DNA of 64,000 nt from Rhodoluna sp. (GTDB taxonomy: Bacteria > Actinomycetota > Actinomycetes > Actinomycetales > Microbacteriaceae). The notes beneath the pieces are model-generated. The model saw only the letters and a list, made by a program, of their open reading frames with translations, had not been told where the DNA came from and made no database searches. Each line of letters begins with the position of its first letter. The stretch's first letter is position 1. The translations under genes were made by a program, and so were the position numbers. The stretch is taken from the NCBI GenBank assembly GCA_021741685.1, contig JAIOXI010000002.1, positions 604 to 64,603 on the forward strand, written 5' to 3'. Positions 28,495 to 38,587 of this stretch are shown one piece after another.

Positions 28495-31332
28495 GTGACT
28501 GACACAGCTTTCAGCGGAGCACAAGGCTCAACAGGCGGAACCGGTAAGGGAATTACCATCAACCGCGTTTACACCGTTCCAGGCGTTCACCCATACGATC
28601 AGGTCACCTGGGAGTTCCGCGATGTTGTGCAGACTAACTGGCAAACCGGAGAAACCATCTTCGAGCAGCGCGGCGCTGAGTTTCCAGAATTCTGGAGCAT
28701 CAACGCGAGCACCATCGTCACCACCAAGTACTTTCGCGGCGCGGTAGGAACCTCTGAGCGCGAGTACAGCCTTCGCCAGCTGATCAACCGCGTTGTGCTC
28801 ACATACACCCAAGCTGGTCGCGACCACGGTTACTTTGCCACCGAAGAGGACGCGACAATCTTTGAGCACGAACTCACCTACATGCTCTTGAACCAGGTGT
28901 TCGCATTCAACTCACCGGTCTGGTTCAACGTAGGAACCAAGAGCCCGCAGCAGGTTTCGGCTTGTTTCATTCTGTCGGTCGACGACTCAATGGATTCAAT
29001 TCTGAACTGGTACCGCGAAGAGGGAATGATCTTCAAGGGCGGCTCAGGTGCGGGTCTAAATCTCTCTCGCATTCGCTCGTCTAAAGAGCTTCTCAAGAAC
29101 TCAGGCGGCTCGGCTTCTGGCCCAGTCTCGTTCATGCGCGGAGCTGACGCTTCTGCAGGAACCATCAAGTCGGGCGGCGCAACTCGTCGTGCAGCCAAGA
29201 TGGTTGTTCTAGACGTCGACCACCCAGACATCGAAGAGTTCATCGAGACCAAGGCACACGAAGAGAAGAAGATTCGTGTTCTTCGCGACGCGGGTTTCAA
29301 CATGGAACTCGGCGGAAAAGACATCAACTCGGTTCAGTACCAGAACGCAAACAACTCTGTTCGCGTAAATGCAGAGTTCATGCAGGCAGTCGAGAACGGC
29401 GGCAAGTTTGGTCTTCGCGCTCGCACGAGCGGTGAAGTTGTTGAAGAAGTTGACGCTCGCGAACTATTCGCCAAGATCGCAGACGCGGCTTGGGAATGTG
29501 CAGACCCAGGCATTCAGTACGACGACATCATCAACGACTGGCACACAACTCCAGAGTCTGGCCGCATCAACGCTTCAAACCCTTGCAGCGAGTACATGCA
29601 CCTAGACAACTCGAGTTGTAACCTCGCGTCGCTGAACCTTCTGAAGTTCTTGAACCCAGATGGCACATTCGACACAGACAAGTTCACCAAGGCAACCGAA
29701 CTTATCTTCACTGCCATGGATATCTCGATTTGCTTCGCAGACTTTCCAACCGAGAAGATTGGCGAGACCACTCGCGCATTCCGTCAGCTCGGAATTGGTT
29801 ACGCGAACCTAGGTGCATTGCTTATGGCAATCGGTGTTGCATACGACAGCGAAGAGGGCTTTGCTCTTGCTGGCGCAATCACCTCGCTGATGACCGGTGC
29901 CTCATACCGTCGCTCAGCCGAGTTGGCAGGCGTAGTGGGCCCATACGAAGGTTACGAAAAGAACAAAGAAGGCCACATCCGCATCATGAACAAGCACGAG
30001 GCTGCAAACGGCCAGGTTCGTGGAGTGTCGGCAATCGACGCTCAGGTTCACGAGGCAGCAACCGAGCAGTGGGCACTCAACACTCTTATCGGTAGCGAAA
30101 ACGGATGGCGCAACTCGCAGGCATCATTGCTTGCACCGACCGGAACCATTGGTTTCATGATGGACTGCGACACCACCGGAATCGAGCCAGACTTCTCACT
30201 AGTGAAGTACAAGAAGCTCTCAACCGGCGGATCGATGCAGATTGTCAACCAGACAATTCCGTTTGCACTGCACCGCTTGGGTTACTCGCAAGAGACCATC
30301 GAGGCAATCGTCGACCACATCAGCACCAATGGTCACGTCGTAGATGCACCTGGCCTAAAGCAGGAGCACTACTCAATCTTTGACACCGCAATCGGCATCC
30401 GTGCAATCGAGCCGATGGGTCACGTTCGCATGATGGCAGCAGTTCAGCCATTCTTGTCGGGCGCGATTTCAAAGACCGTGAACATGCCAGAGACGGCAAC
30501 CCGCGAAGAAATCGCAGACGTCTATTTCCAGGGCTGGAAAGTCGGCCTAAAGGCACTAGCGATCTACCGCGACAACTGCAAGGTCGGTCAGCCGCTAAGC
30601 GATGGCAAGGCAAAGACCGAGACTAAGACCCAGGCTGCGCCAGTTGCAGCGACAGGCATGTCTCACCCGACTCGCAAGCGTCTGCCTAAGTCACGCCCAT
30701 CGTCGACCACTTCGTTCACCGTAGGTGGCGCAGAGGGTTACATGACGGCTGGCTCATACCCAGACGGCGGACTCGGCGAGGTCTTCTTGAAGCTCGGCAA
30801 GCAGGGTTCAACTCTTGCCGGTGTGATGGATGCATTCTCAATCGCGGTTTCGATTGGCCTTCAGTACGGAGTTCCACTAGAGACCTACGTGCAGAAGTTC
30901 ACCAACGTGTCATTCGAGCCAGCCGGTCTAACCGATGACCCGGATGTTCGCATGGCGAAGTCGCTAATGGACTACATCTTCCGTCGTCTAGCGCTCGACT
31001 ACCTGCCTTACGAAACCCGTGCATACATGGGCATTCAGACCTCGGCAGAGCGTTCAGCAGCTCTCGACGCAGACACTTCATACGGCTCGGTAGCTCCGTC
31101 TATCGACCTAGAAGACTCGGTCGAACTAGAAGTTGCACCGGCACCTGCCGCTGCGCCACAGAGCATCGAGATAACAGAGAAGCGCGAAGTTCACTCTTCA
31201 GCCGAACTTTTCGAGTTGCTTCAGGGCACCGAGTCTGACGCTCCACTGTGCTTCAACTGTGGAATCAAGATGCGCCCGTCGGGTTCATGCCACGTCTGCG
31301 AAGGCTGTGGATCAACTAGCGGTTGCAGCTAA
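28495..31332 (+). CDS. nrdJ: Class II (adenosylcobalamin-dependent) ribonucleotide reductase
   Basis: FNSPVWFN, SACFI, NPCSEY, APTGT, SGAISKTVN; C-terminal TSCPD-like domain and Zn ribbon (CFNC...CEGC). Confidence 0.96.
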   Translation: MTDTAFSGAQGSTGGTGKGITINRVYTVPGVHPYDQVTWEFRDVVQTNWQTGETIFEQRGAEFPEFWSINASTIVTTKYFRGAVGTSEREYSLRQLINRVVLTYTQAGRDHGYFATEEDATIFEHELTYMLLNQVFAFNSPVWFNVGTKSPQQVSACFILSVDDSMDSILNWYREEGMIFKGGSGAGLNLSRIRSSKELLKNSGGSASGPVSFMRGADASAGTIKSGGATRRAAKMVVLDVDHPDIEEFIETKAHEEKKIRVLRDAGFNMELGGKDINSVQYQNANNSVRVNAEFMQAVENGGKFGLRARTSGEVVEEVDARELFAKIADAAWECADPGIQYDDIINDWHTTPESGRINASNPCSEYMHLDNSSCNLASLNLLKFLNPDGTFDTDKFTKATELIFTAMDISICFADFPTEKIGETTRAFRQLGIGYANLGALLMAIGVAYDSEEGFALAGAITSLMTGASYRRSAELAGVVGPYEGYEKNKEGHIRIMNKHEAANGQVRGVSAIDAQVHEAATEQWALNTLIGSENGWRNSQASLLAPTGTIGFMMDCDTTGIEPDFSLVKYKKLSTGGSMQIVNQTIPFALHRLGYSQETIEAIVDHISTNGHVVDAPGLKQEHYSIFDTAIGIRAIEPMGHVRMMAAVQPFLSGAISKTVNMPETATREEIADVYFQGWKVGLKALAIYRDNCKVGQPLSDGKAKTETKTQAAPVAATGMSHPTRKRLPKSRPSSTTSFTVGGAEGYMTAGSYPDGGLGEVFLKLGKQGSTLAGVMDAFSIAVSIGLQYGVPLETYVQKFTNVSFEPAGLTDDPDVRMAKSLMDYIFRRLALDYLPYETRAYMGIQTSAERSAALDADTSYGSVAPSIDLEDSVELEVAPAPAAAPQSIEITEKREVHSSAELFELLQGTESDAPLCFNCGIKMRPSGSCHVCEGCGSTSGCS

Positions 31333-31343
31333 ACAAAAGCTCA

Positions 31344-31378
31344 GAACGGGGTCGGCGATTACGTCGGCCCCGTTTTGT
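31344..31378 (+). terminator. Intrinsic terminator after nrdJ
   Basis: AACGGGGTCGGCG-ATTA-CGTCGGCCCCGTT followed by TTGTT. Confidence 0.85.
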
Positions 31379-31404
31379 TATTGAACCTGAGGTAGCCTTA
31401 ACTC

Positions 31405-32418
31405 GTGTTTTATAAGTTCATCTTCGACAACTTCTTCAGGCGCGTCGACCCTGAACAGGCTCACCATCTCGGAATGTTTGTCATTCGCCTGCTGGGCGCA
31501 ACCGGAGTTTCATCGCTGCTGAAAGTTCGATCGACCCATCCGGTAAAAGCGATGGGTTTGAGTTTTGATTCGGTTTTCGGTCTAGCCGCTGGGTTTGACA
31601 AAAATGCCGTTGCGGTGAAAGCCCTTGGCGATCTAGGTTTCTCTCACGTCGAGATAGGAACAGTCACGGCTATTGCCCAGAGTGGTAACGAGAAACCCCG
31701 CCTGTTTCGCCTGATCGAAGATCGAGCATTGATAAACAGAATGGGATTCAACAACGACGGCGCCGCGAAAGTTGCCAGAAGGCTTGCCAAGACTCGCTTA
31801 CGTTACGGCAACAACTTGCCAATCATCGGTGTCAACATCGGCAAGAGTCGGGATGTCGAGATCGAAAATGCGGTTGATGATTATCGGCTCAGCGCTAAAT
31901 TGCTTGCACCGCTTGCCGACTACGTAGCGGTCAATGTGTCTTCCCCAAACACTCCAGGCTTACGCTCGCTTCAAACCGTCAAGGCACTTCAGCCGATTCT
32001 TGAGGCCGTTGTCGACGAATCGGGAACCAAGCCGGTGCTGGTCAAGATAGCGCCCGATCTGACCGATGAAGAAATCGTTGCCGTGGCAAAACTGGTCAAG
32101 AAGCTGAACCTAGCCGGAGTGATTGCTACCAACACAACGATTTCTCGCGACGGTTTGAAGATTTCGGCAGCAGACGTTGCCGCCATGGGGGCCGGAGGGC
32201 TCTCTGGAGTGCCGTTAAAAAACAGGTCGATCCAGGTGTTGTCTTTGCTGCGAAAGGCTCTCGGTTCAGAGTTCACAATAATTTCTGTCGGGGGAGTCGA
32301 GACGGCCCAAGATGTGCTCGAGCGCGTTGCGAAGGGCGCAACGCTAGTTCAGGGGTACTCGGGTTTTGTCTATGAGGGGCCGCTCTGGGCGAGAAAGATA
32401 AAGAGGGAAATCAATTGA
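31405..32418 (+). CDS. pyrD: Quinone-dependent dihydroorotate dehydrogenase (class 2)
   Basis: GLAAGFDKN, NRMGFNN, NVSSPNTPGLR, VKIAPDL, GGLSG. Confidence 0.97.
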   Translation: MFYKFIFDNFFRRVDPEQAHHLGMFVIRLLGATGVSSLLKVRSTHPVKAMGLSFDSVFGLAAGFDKNAVAVKALGDLGFSHVEIGTVTAIAQSGNEKPRLFRLIEDRALINRMGFNNDGAAKVARRLAKTRLRYGNNLPIIGVNIGKSRDVEIENAVDDYRLSAKLLAPLADYVAVNVSSPNTPGLRSLQTVKALQPILEAVVDESGTKPVLVKIAPDLTDEEIVAVAKLVKKLNLAGVIATNTTISRDGLKISAADVAAMGAGGLSGVPLKNRSIQVLSLLRKALGSEFTIISVGGVETAQDVLERVAKGATLVQGYSGFVYEGPLWARKIKREIN

Positions 32419-32783
32419 CGTCGATAGTTTTGTGGGTAGAAGACCTTGATTCTGCAAAGACTTTCTATAGCGCTTTGCTCTCCGCTTCGATTGTTGAAGA
32501 CTCTGCAACTTTTGTGAAGGTTGCCTCGGCTTCAAGTGAGGTCTTGCTGCATCTGGTTCCGGAGCAATACCGCGAGGGAATCTCATCACCTCCTCAGATT
32601 CGAGAAGAGGCGGTCATCAAGCCTGTTTTTGCTGTGGCTTCTATAAGCGCGAGTAGGGTAGCTGTGGCCGAATTGAACGGCCGAGTTTATGGTGCCGAGA
32701 CAGAACAGATCTATTCAGATGCGAGGTATTGCGACGGCTTTGACACCGAGGGCAACGTCATTCAGGTTTCTGAGCGAGCCTAA
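32415..32783 (+). CDS. VOC/glyoxalase-like protein
   Basis: IVLWVEDLDSAKTFYSALL N-terminus and DTEGNVIQV C-terminus; TTGA overlap with pyrD. Confidence 0.8.
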   Translation: MTSIVLWVEDLDSAKTFYSALLSASIVEDSATFVKVASASSEVLLHLVPEQYREGISSPPQIREEAVIKPVFAVASISASRVAVAELNGRVYGAETEQIYSDARYCDGFDTEGNVIQVSERA

Positions 32784-32786
32784 TCA

Positions 32787-33788
32787 CTAAACCAATCTGG
32801 CTTCGGGAGATTTTGTTTCGCTCGCATCAAAGATTGCTACCGGAGACAAAATTTCACTAACCTTCTGCATAATCTCCGCCGGAATTTCAACACCAACTGC
32901 TTCGATGTTCGACGTGATCTGGCCTGGTCTGGTAGCTCCCACAATTGCCGAAGCAACGTTGTCGTTTTGCAAAACCCAAGCCAGTGCGAACTGAGCCATT
33001 GTGAGCTCGAGTTCTTTGGCTAGGGGCGCTAGCAACTGAACTCGGGTGAGCACGTCGTCGCTTAGGTATTTGCCCATCATGCCGCCAAGCCTTTCGTCGG
33101 CACCGCGTGAACCATCGGGAGCTGGCTGGCCGGGCAGATACTTGCCGGTTAGAGCTCCCTGGGCCATTGGTGACCAAACGATTTGAGAAACCCCAAGCTC
33201 TTTGCAGGCTGGAATGACTTCGGCTTCAATCACTCGCCAAAGTGCGCTGTATTGTGGCTGGCTCGAAATGAGTTGAAAGCCGAGCTCTTTTGAAAGCTTG
33301 TGACCTGCCCGAATTTGCTCGGCATTCCATTCGCTAACACCAATGTAGAGAGCTTTGCCCTGACGAACTATGTCGGCGAAGGCCTGCATGGTCTCTTCTA
33401 GAGGAGTTTCGACGTCGTAGCGGTGAGCCTGATAGAGGTCGACGTAATCGGTCTGCAAGCGCTTCAACGAGCCGTTGATTGACTCCATGATGTGCTTTCT
33501 AGAAAGACCGGTGTCATTCGGTTTCTTCTCTGCAACCGGCCAGTAAACCTTGGTGAATATCTCTAGACCCTCGCGTCGCAGGCCCTTCAAGGCACCGCCA
33601 AGCACTGACTCGGCGGCCTGGTTTGCATAGACGTCAGCAGTGTCGAACGACGTGATTCCGCCGTCCAGAGCGGCGTGCACGGTGTCGTGAGCCGCCTTGT
33701 CTTCGATCTGACTGGCGTGGGTTAGCCAATTGCCATAGGTGAGCTCGCTTACCTTGAGCCCGCTGTTACCGAGGTATCTGTACTTCAT
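32787..33788 (-). CDS. Aldo/keto reductase (Kv-beta/Tas-like)
   Basis: YLGNSGLKVS, FDTADVY, GLSRKHI, DYVDLYQAHR, YIGVSEW, WSPMAQG. Confidence 0.95.
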   Translation of the reverse strand: MKYRYLGNSGLKVSELTYGNWLTHASQIEDKAAHDTVHAALDGGITSFDTADVYANQAAESVLGGALKGLRREGLEIFTKVYWPVAEKKPNDTGLSRKHIMESINGSLKRLQTDYVDLYQAHRYDVETPLEETMQAFADIVRQGKALYIGVSEWNAEQIRAGHKLSKELGFQLISSQPQYSALWRVIEAEVIPACKELGVSQIVWSPMAQGALTGKYLPGQPAPDGSRGADERLGGMMGKYLSDDVLTRVQLLAPLAKELELTMAQFALAWVLQNDNVASAIVGATRPGQITSNIEAVGVEIPAEIMQKVSEILSPVAIFDASETKSPEARLV

Positions 33789-33797
33789 GGAGTTTTC

Positions 33798-35183
33798 CTA
33801 ACTGCCCATCAACTTGCGTGCTGAGTCTTCAATTTTTTTGTGTAGCGTCGGAACCCAGGTTTCGTGCTCGGGTTTCATGAGTGTGCTGCGAAGAATTCGT
33901 GCCTTAGCCAAATCTGTCTCGACGTTAATTCCGTGCGCAAAAAGCGCGTTCGGCTTAACCATGTAGGTGGCGAGGTGAATTTGTTCTGTGCGAGGAGCTT
34001 GATCGGTTTGCAAGAAGATTGCTTGAGAGAGGCGATCAATCTCTGACATCGAGTTGACTCGGGGAAGATAGGCAATTATGTCGAGCTCGGGCTTTTGATA
34101 GGCCTGCAGAACATCAGAGTCATCGAGCAACTGCCACCAGTTTTGGGCGGCACGATAACCAGCCGCCAAAATTGAGCCCAGCCCATCGCGAGTCAGGGGA
34201 AACACTCGAGTGGTTGCCCAAAAAGCTGCAGCCGAGGCACCTGCCCTCGAAGTTTCAAGTTGAATTTCGCCGAAGTGTAGTTCGGCAGAAGTGAAGTATG
34301 TGTAGGGACTGTCGTGCTTATAGAAGCGACCGACCGAGACATCCTTGAATAAGACAGCGCCGCAGCCGTAGGGCTGAAGTCCATGCTTGTGTGGGTCAAC
34401 CACCACAGAATCTGCGTCTTTGATTGCTGCATAGTGACGAGCTGCCTCAGGGGCTAAATCATCTTGGATGAGTTTGAAGAAACCGCCGTATGCGGTATCA
34501 ACATGCACTCGGGCTTCGTATTGCTTTGCCAAGAGAATAATGTCGGCTAGGGGATCCACCGCTCCTAGACCAGTTGTTCCGAGGGTGGCAACAATTGTTC
34601 CGATTTTTCCGGTCTTCAGCTTCTCTTCTAGATCGTTTAGCGACATTCTTCCGAGTGCGTCTACCGAAACGGCAACCGATTCGATGTCGAGAACTTCTGC
34701 CATGCGCGTGTGGGTGTAGTGCGCATCTGCCGAATGTGCGATTGCCTTGCCCGGGTTTAACTCGCGACCAACCCAAAGTGCTTCCAAGTTTGCGGTGGTT
34801 CCGCTCCAGGTGAGGTGACCAAGCGCGTCTTCGGGAAACTCAAACATTGCAACGAGATCTCGAAGCACCTCACGTTCCATGGGGGTGGTTGCCCGACTGG
34901 CATCTTGTGAGTGGTTGTTGGGATTAATGATCATCGTCGCTAGGTAGGCCGCAACGGCAATCGCATGCGGTGGCTTGAGCATCTGCGCCGCATAGTTGGG
35001 GTGAAAGTATGGGTTGTCAGCTTCGAGGCGATTAACCAGTTCGCTCAGAACGCCCTTCACCGTGGCGAGGTCGGCCTGCTGACTCACATGGGTTTCAAAC
35101 GAGCCAAATGAGGCCCTTAGAGCTTCGACATCGTCAACCACCTGAGGTATCAGGTCGGTCAACTTGATCGTTTCTTTTGCCAA
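33798..35183 (-). CDS. Group II PLP-dependent amino-acid decarboxylase
   Basis: NPNN, SGTTANLEALW, GTTGLGAVD, HVDTAYGG, PLP-lysine motif DPHK. Confidence 0.88.
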   Translation of the reverse strand: MAKETIKLTDLIPQVVDDVEALRASFGSFETHVSQQADLATVKGVLSELVNRLEADNPYFHPNYAAQMLKPPHAIAVAAYLATMIINPNNHSQDASRATTPMEREVLRDLVAMFEFPEDALGHLTWSGTTANLEALWVGRELNPGKAIAHSADAHYTHTRMAEVLDIESVAVSVDALGRMSLNDLEEKLKTGKIGTIVATLGTTGLGAVDPLADIILLAKQYEARVHVDTAYGGFFKLIQDDLAPEAARHYAAIKDADSVVVDPHKHGLQPYGCGAVLFKDVSVGRFYKHDSPYTYFTSAELHFGEIQLETSRAGASAAAFWATTRVFPLTRDGLGSILAAGYRAAQNWWQLLDDSDVLQAYQKPELDIIAYLPRVNSMSEIDRLSQAIFLQTDQAPRTEQIHLATYMVKPNALFAHGINVETDLAKARILRSTLMKPEHETWVPTLHKKIEDSARKLMGS

Positions 35184-35218
35184 GGTTTACTCCTTTGTAA
35201 CCGGCGAAAGAGTGAAAG

Positions 35219-35755
35219 CTAGAGCTTGTGGCCGCGCTTCACCTGTGGTTTTGGAAGGCGCATGGGGCGCATCTGAAGCGAGCGCATCGCCGCATACCAG
35301 GCAATGTTCTTTTCGACGTTTGCTTCGGTGTGCTTCTGCGCCGCCAGTTTCTTTACTCGCCGACCGAGAATGAATGCATCGAGAATTACCACGATAAAGA
35401 GGCCCCACATCAAAATTAGGCTCGCGAGCTGCAAGGCATAGATGTTGGTTGCGGTGGTAATCAAAAAGATAAACATCGCGGGCATAACTAACTCGCCTGC
35501 GGTAAAACGAGAATCTACGATGTCTCGTGCGAATTTCTTCTGGGGTCCGCGGTCACGAATCGGAAGATACTTTTCTTCGCCACGCATCATTCCCTCGCGG
35601 GCAATCTTGCGTTCCTCGCTCAAGCGCAATCTCTCGGCAGCTTTTGCTTCTTTTGACTTGTCGCCAACCAGCGGACGACGATTTGCGGCTTCCTGCTGCT
35701 TACGGCTAGGTGTGGCCTTGCCCTTGCCGAGCGGTGAATCTTGGTTTTCAGTCAT
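35219..35755 (-). CDS. DUF3043-family membrane protein
   Basis: GKGKATPSRK, YLPIRDRGPQK..RD.VDSR, YAAMRSLQMR..RLPKPQVKRG. Confidence 0.92.
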   Translation of the reverse strand: MTENQDSPLGKGKATPSRKQQEAANRRPLVGDKSKEAKAAERLRLSEERKIAREGMMRGEEKYLPIRDRGPQKKFARDIVDSRFTAGELVMPAMFIFLITTATNIYALQLASLILMWGLFIVVILDAFILGRRVKKLAAQKHTEANVEKNIAWYAAMRSLQMRPMRLPKPQVKRGHKL

Positions 35756-35793
35756 GGTTTCCTCGTCTGGTTATGCGGTTTAAGATTACCCGT

Positions 35794-37206
35794 ATGAACA
35801 TCCCTGAAGATTCACTTCGTCTCGACAGCATCTCTGTGACCTTGGTTAAGGAGAAGGTCGATGCCGCATTTCCGGTTGCCCTAGCGAATCTGGGTGACCT
35901 CGTTCGAATTCCCGGCATCGCCTGGGATGCCTTCGATCCTCAGCAGCTAGAGCGCAGTGCCGAGGCGGTTGCCGAGCTGCTCAAATCAACCGGTGTTTTT
36001 GAACTGGTTGAGATCAGAAGGGCAGAGGCGCACGGCAAGGTTGGTGCACCTGCCGTAGTGGCGCGTCGCGAAGCTCGCAACGGCCGCCCACAGATTTTGC
36101 TTTATGCGCACCACGACGTTCAACCACCAGGTGACCTCAGCGTTTGGAATACACCGGAGTTTCAGCCGACCCTGATTGACGGTCGAATTTATGGCAGGGG
36201 AGCGGCCGATGATAAGGCCGGAATCGTCACGCATTTGACTGCAATCAAAACCCTTGTCGAAACTTTGGGAAACGACTTCGAGGTTGGCATAAGCGTTTTC
36301 ATCGAAGGCGAAGAAGAAGCTGGTTCTCCAACCTTCCGCAATTTTCTCGATGAAAATCGAGACGTGCTGGCGGCAGACGTCATCATTGTGGCAGATTCGG
36401 CCAACTGGACGACCACAGTTCCGGCACTCACCACAACCCTGAGAGGTTTGGTTTCGCAGGTTGTTGAGGTGCAGACCCTCGACCACGCGGTTCATTCGGG
36501 AATGTTTGGTGGCGCTGTTCCAGATGCCATGACAGCAACACTGAGACTCTTGGCGAGCCTGCACGACGAAGTCGGAGACGTCGCGGTTGCCGGCTTGCAC
36601 GCAAGCAAAGCGGCTGATCTCGACTTCACAGAACAACAGCTTCGTATCGACTCAGGTTTGCTCGATGGCGTTTCAACAATCGGTACCGGTTCGATTCTCG
36701 ATCGAATGTGGACCAAACCTTCGATTACGGTCATCGGTATTGACGCAATGTCGGTGCCGATGTCATCGAACACCCTGTTGCCATCGGTCAAGTCAAAAAT
36801 CAGCATGCGAATAGCGCCCGGCCAAGATCCGCAAGAAGCGTTGGCGTTGCTTCGAAAGCATCTCGAACAGCAGGTTCCCTTTGGGGCCAAGTTGACCTAT
36901 GGCGAGGTTGAACTCGGCAAGCCTTTCGAGGCAAATTCAGCCGGTTGGGCTAAGAAGCTTGCCGAACTTAGCCTGTCGGCAGCATTTGGCAACGAAAGCG
37001 TCGATATTGGCATCGGCGGCTCAATTCCTTTCATTGCAGACCTACTCGAGGTCTTTCCGTCGGCCCAAATCTTGGTCACGGGCGTTGAAGATGCCGACTC
37101 TAGGGCGCACAGCCCCAACGAGTCAGTTCACGTGGACACCCTGCGCGGAGCTATGGTTGCCGAAAGTCTTTTTCTCATCAAAGGGAATGACCTTAGGGTC
37201 AACTAG
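35794..37206 (+). CDS. M20-family dipeptidase
   Basis: LYAHHDVQP, GRGAADDK, EGEEE, HSG.FGG, AHSPNE; start at ATG 35794, 7 nt after a TAAGAT -10 box. Confidence 0.92.
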   Translation: MNIPEDSLRLDSISVTLVKEKVDAAFPVALANLGDLVRIPGIAWDAFDPQQLERSAEAVAELLKSTGVFELVEIRRAEAHGKVGAPAVVARREARNGRPQILLYAHHDVQPPGDLSVWNTPEFQPTLIDGRIYGRGAADDKAGIVTHLTAIKTLVETLGNDFEVGISVFIEGEEEAGSPTFRNFLDENRDVLAADVIIVADSANWTTTVPALTTTLRGLVSQVVEVQTLDHAVHSGMFGGAVPDAMTATLRLLASLHDEVGDVAVAGLHASKAADLDFTEQQLRIDSGLLDGVSTIGTGSILDRMWTKPSITVIGIDAMSVPMSSNTLLPSVKSKISMRIAPGQDPQEALALLRKHLEQQVPFGAKLTYGEVELGKPFEANSAGWAKKLAELSLSAAFGNESVDIGIGGSIPFIADLLEVFPSAQILVTGVEDADSRAHSPNESVHVDTLRGAMVAESLFLIKGNDLRVN

Positions 37207-37209
37207 GTT
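37184..37209 (+). promoter_or_regulatory. SigR/SigH-type ECF promoter of the A-type Fe-S carrier gene
   Basis: Exact GGAAT-N18-GTT. Confidence 0.68.
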
Positions 37210-37247
37210 CTAGAATTTAGACAGAAACGTCTTATGAAGGAGATTTC

Positions 37248-37592
37248 ATGTCAGACACGCTAAGCCACGAAGTAATGCTCACCGACATAGCTCGCGATCG
37301 CGTCAAGGCGCTGTTCCAGGCTCAGGGGCTCGCGGCCGATGTTCGCCTGCGCATCGAGGTAAAACTTGGCGGTTGCGCCGGTTTTCAATATGACCTCTTT
37401 CCCGATGAAGAACTCGCCGAGACAGATCTAGTTCGCGATTTCGAAGGACTCGAGGTCGTCGTCGACCAAAAGAGCGCAAACTATCTCGTTGGCGCCACAA
37501 TCGACTTCGAAGACACCATCATGAAGCAGGGCCTAACCATCGATAACCCGAACGCCACAGGCTCGTGCGCTTGCGGAAGCTCTTTCAACTAG
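37248..37592 (+). CDS. A-type Fe-S cluster carrier (HesB/IscA/ErpA family)
   Basis: GGCAGFQY, GATIDF, NPNA..SCACGSSF. Confidence 0.95.
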   Translation: MSDTLSHEVMLTDIARDRVKALFQAQGLAADVRLRIEVKLGGCAGFQYDLFPDEELAETDLVRDFEGLEVVVDQKSANYLVGATIDFEDTIMKQGLTIDNPNATGSCACGSSFN

Positions 37593-37604
37593 ATTTCTCG
37601 GATG

Positions 37605-37632
37605 TCCGGTCTCTGATTGAGGCCGGATTTCT
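37605..37632 (+). terminator. Probable intrinsic terminator after the HesB/IscA gene
   Basis: TCCGGTCTC-TGATT-GAGGCCGGA followed by TTTCT. Confidence 0.6.
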
Positions 37633-37727
37633 GCTTTAACCTGCGAATTTTCGGCGTTTTCAGACCGTTCGGGCCAACTCGAAGCGTAGGATATAAAAGT
37701 AAGAGTTGTGCACCTGAAGGGTGAATT

Positions 37728-38582
37728 GTGCGTCGCAAAAATGGGTTCAGATGGACCGCCTTGCCTTTGGCAGCCACCCTCATATTGGTACTAACCGGTT
37801 GTTCATCCTACGAATTCTCTAGGGGATTCCTGCCGGGTGAGCCTGGCGTAACCAACCACACCGACATGATTGTCAACTTCTGGAACGGTTCTTGGATTGT
37901 TCTATGGGCCGTTGGACTAATCGCCTGGGGACTCATGTTCTATGCGGTAATCGTCTACCGTCGCCGCAAGGGCGATAGCTCGTTGCCAGAGCAGATGCGC
38001 TATAACAACCCAATCGAAGCTCTCTTTACCGTGGTTCCACTGGTCATGGTCATCGGTTTCTTCGCTTTTACGGCAGACACGATGGCAAAAATCGAGCAGC
38101 CGGTTGATTCTGAATTGCACGTTCAGGTAATCGGAAAGCAGTGGAGCTGGGACTTCAACTACACGGACAACATGGTTTACGAAACCGGCATCCAGTCGCA
38201 GTTCGACGGCGAACTCGGAAGCGAAGCGGCTCTGCCGACTCTCTATCTACCGGTCAACACCTCGGTAGAGATCGAACTAACTTCTCGCGACGTAGTGCAC
38301 TCTTTCTGGGTTATCGATTTCTTGTATAAGAAAGACACCTTCCCGGGCAAGAGCAACTTCATGTATGTGACCCCGCAACGAGAGGGCACCTATAAGGGCA
38401 AGTGTGCTGAGCTTTGTGGCGAATACCACTCGATGATGTTGTTCAACGTAAAGGTTGTTTCTCGAGCCGAGTTTGATACTCAGATGGCAGCACTTGCCGC
38501 GAAGGGCAACACCGGTTTGCTCGATGAGACCTACAACAGAAACCAGAATCTGCCCGGTAACGGCTCAGAGGGCAAGGGGTAA
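37728..38582 (+). CDS. ctaC: Cytochrome c oxidase subunit II
   Basis: Lipobox LTGC, QWSWDF, DVVHSF, CuA motif [12 protein letters not shown]. Confidence 0.97.
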   Translation: MRRKNGFRWTALPLAATLILVLTGCSSYEFSRGFLPGEPGVTNHTDMIVNFWNGSWIVLWAVGLIAWGLMFYAVIVYRRRKGDSSLPEQMRYNNPIEALFTVVPLVMVIGFFAFTADTMAKIEQPVDSELHVQVIGKQWSWDFNYTDNMVYETGIQSQFDGELGSEAALPTLYLPVNTSVEIELTSRDVVHSFWVIDFLYKKDTFPGKSNFMYVTPQREGTYKGKCAELCGEYHSMMLFNVKVVSRAEFDTQMAALAAKGNTGLLDETYNRNQNLPGNGSEGKG

Positions 38583-38587
38583 GGGCG

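Noticed and set aside
23667-31332. Inteins or introns in dnaE or nrdJ (frequent hosts)
   Set aside because: Both proteins have normal length and contiguous motifs, with no splicing or homing endonuclease signatures.
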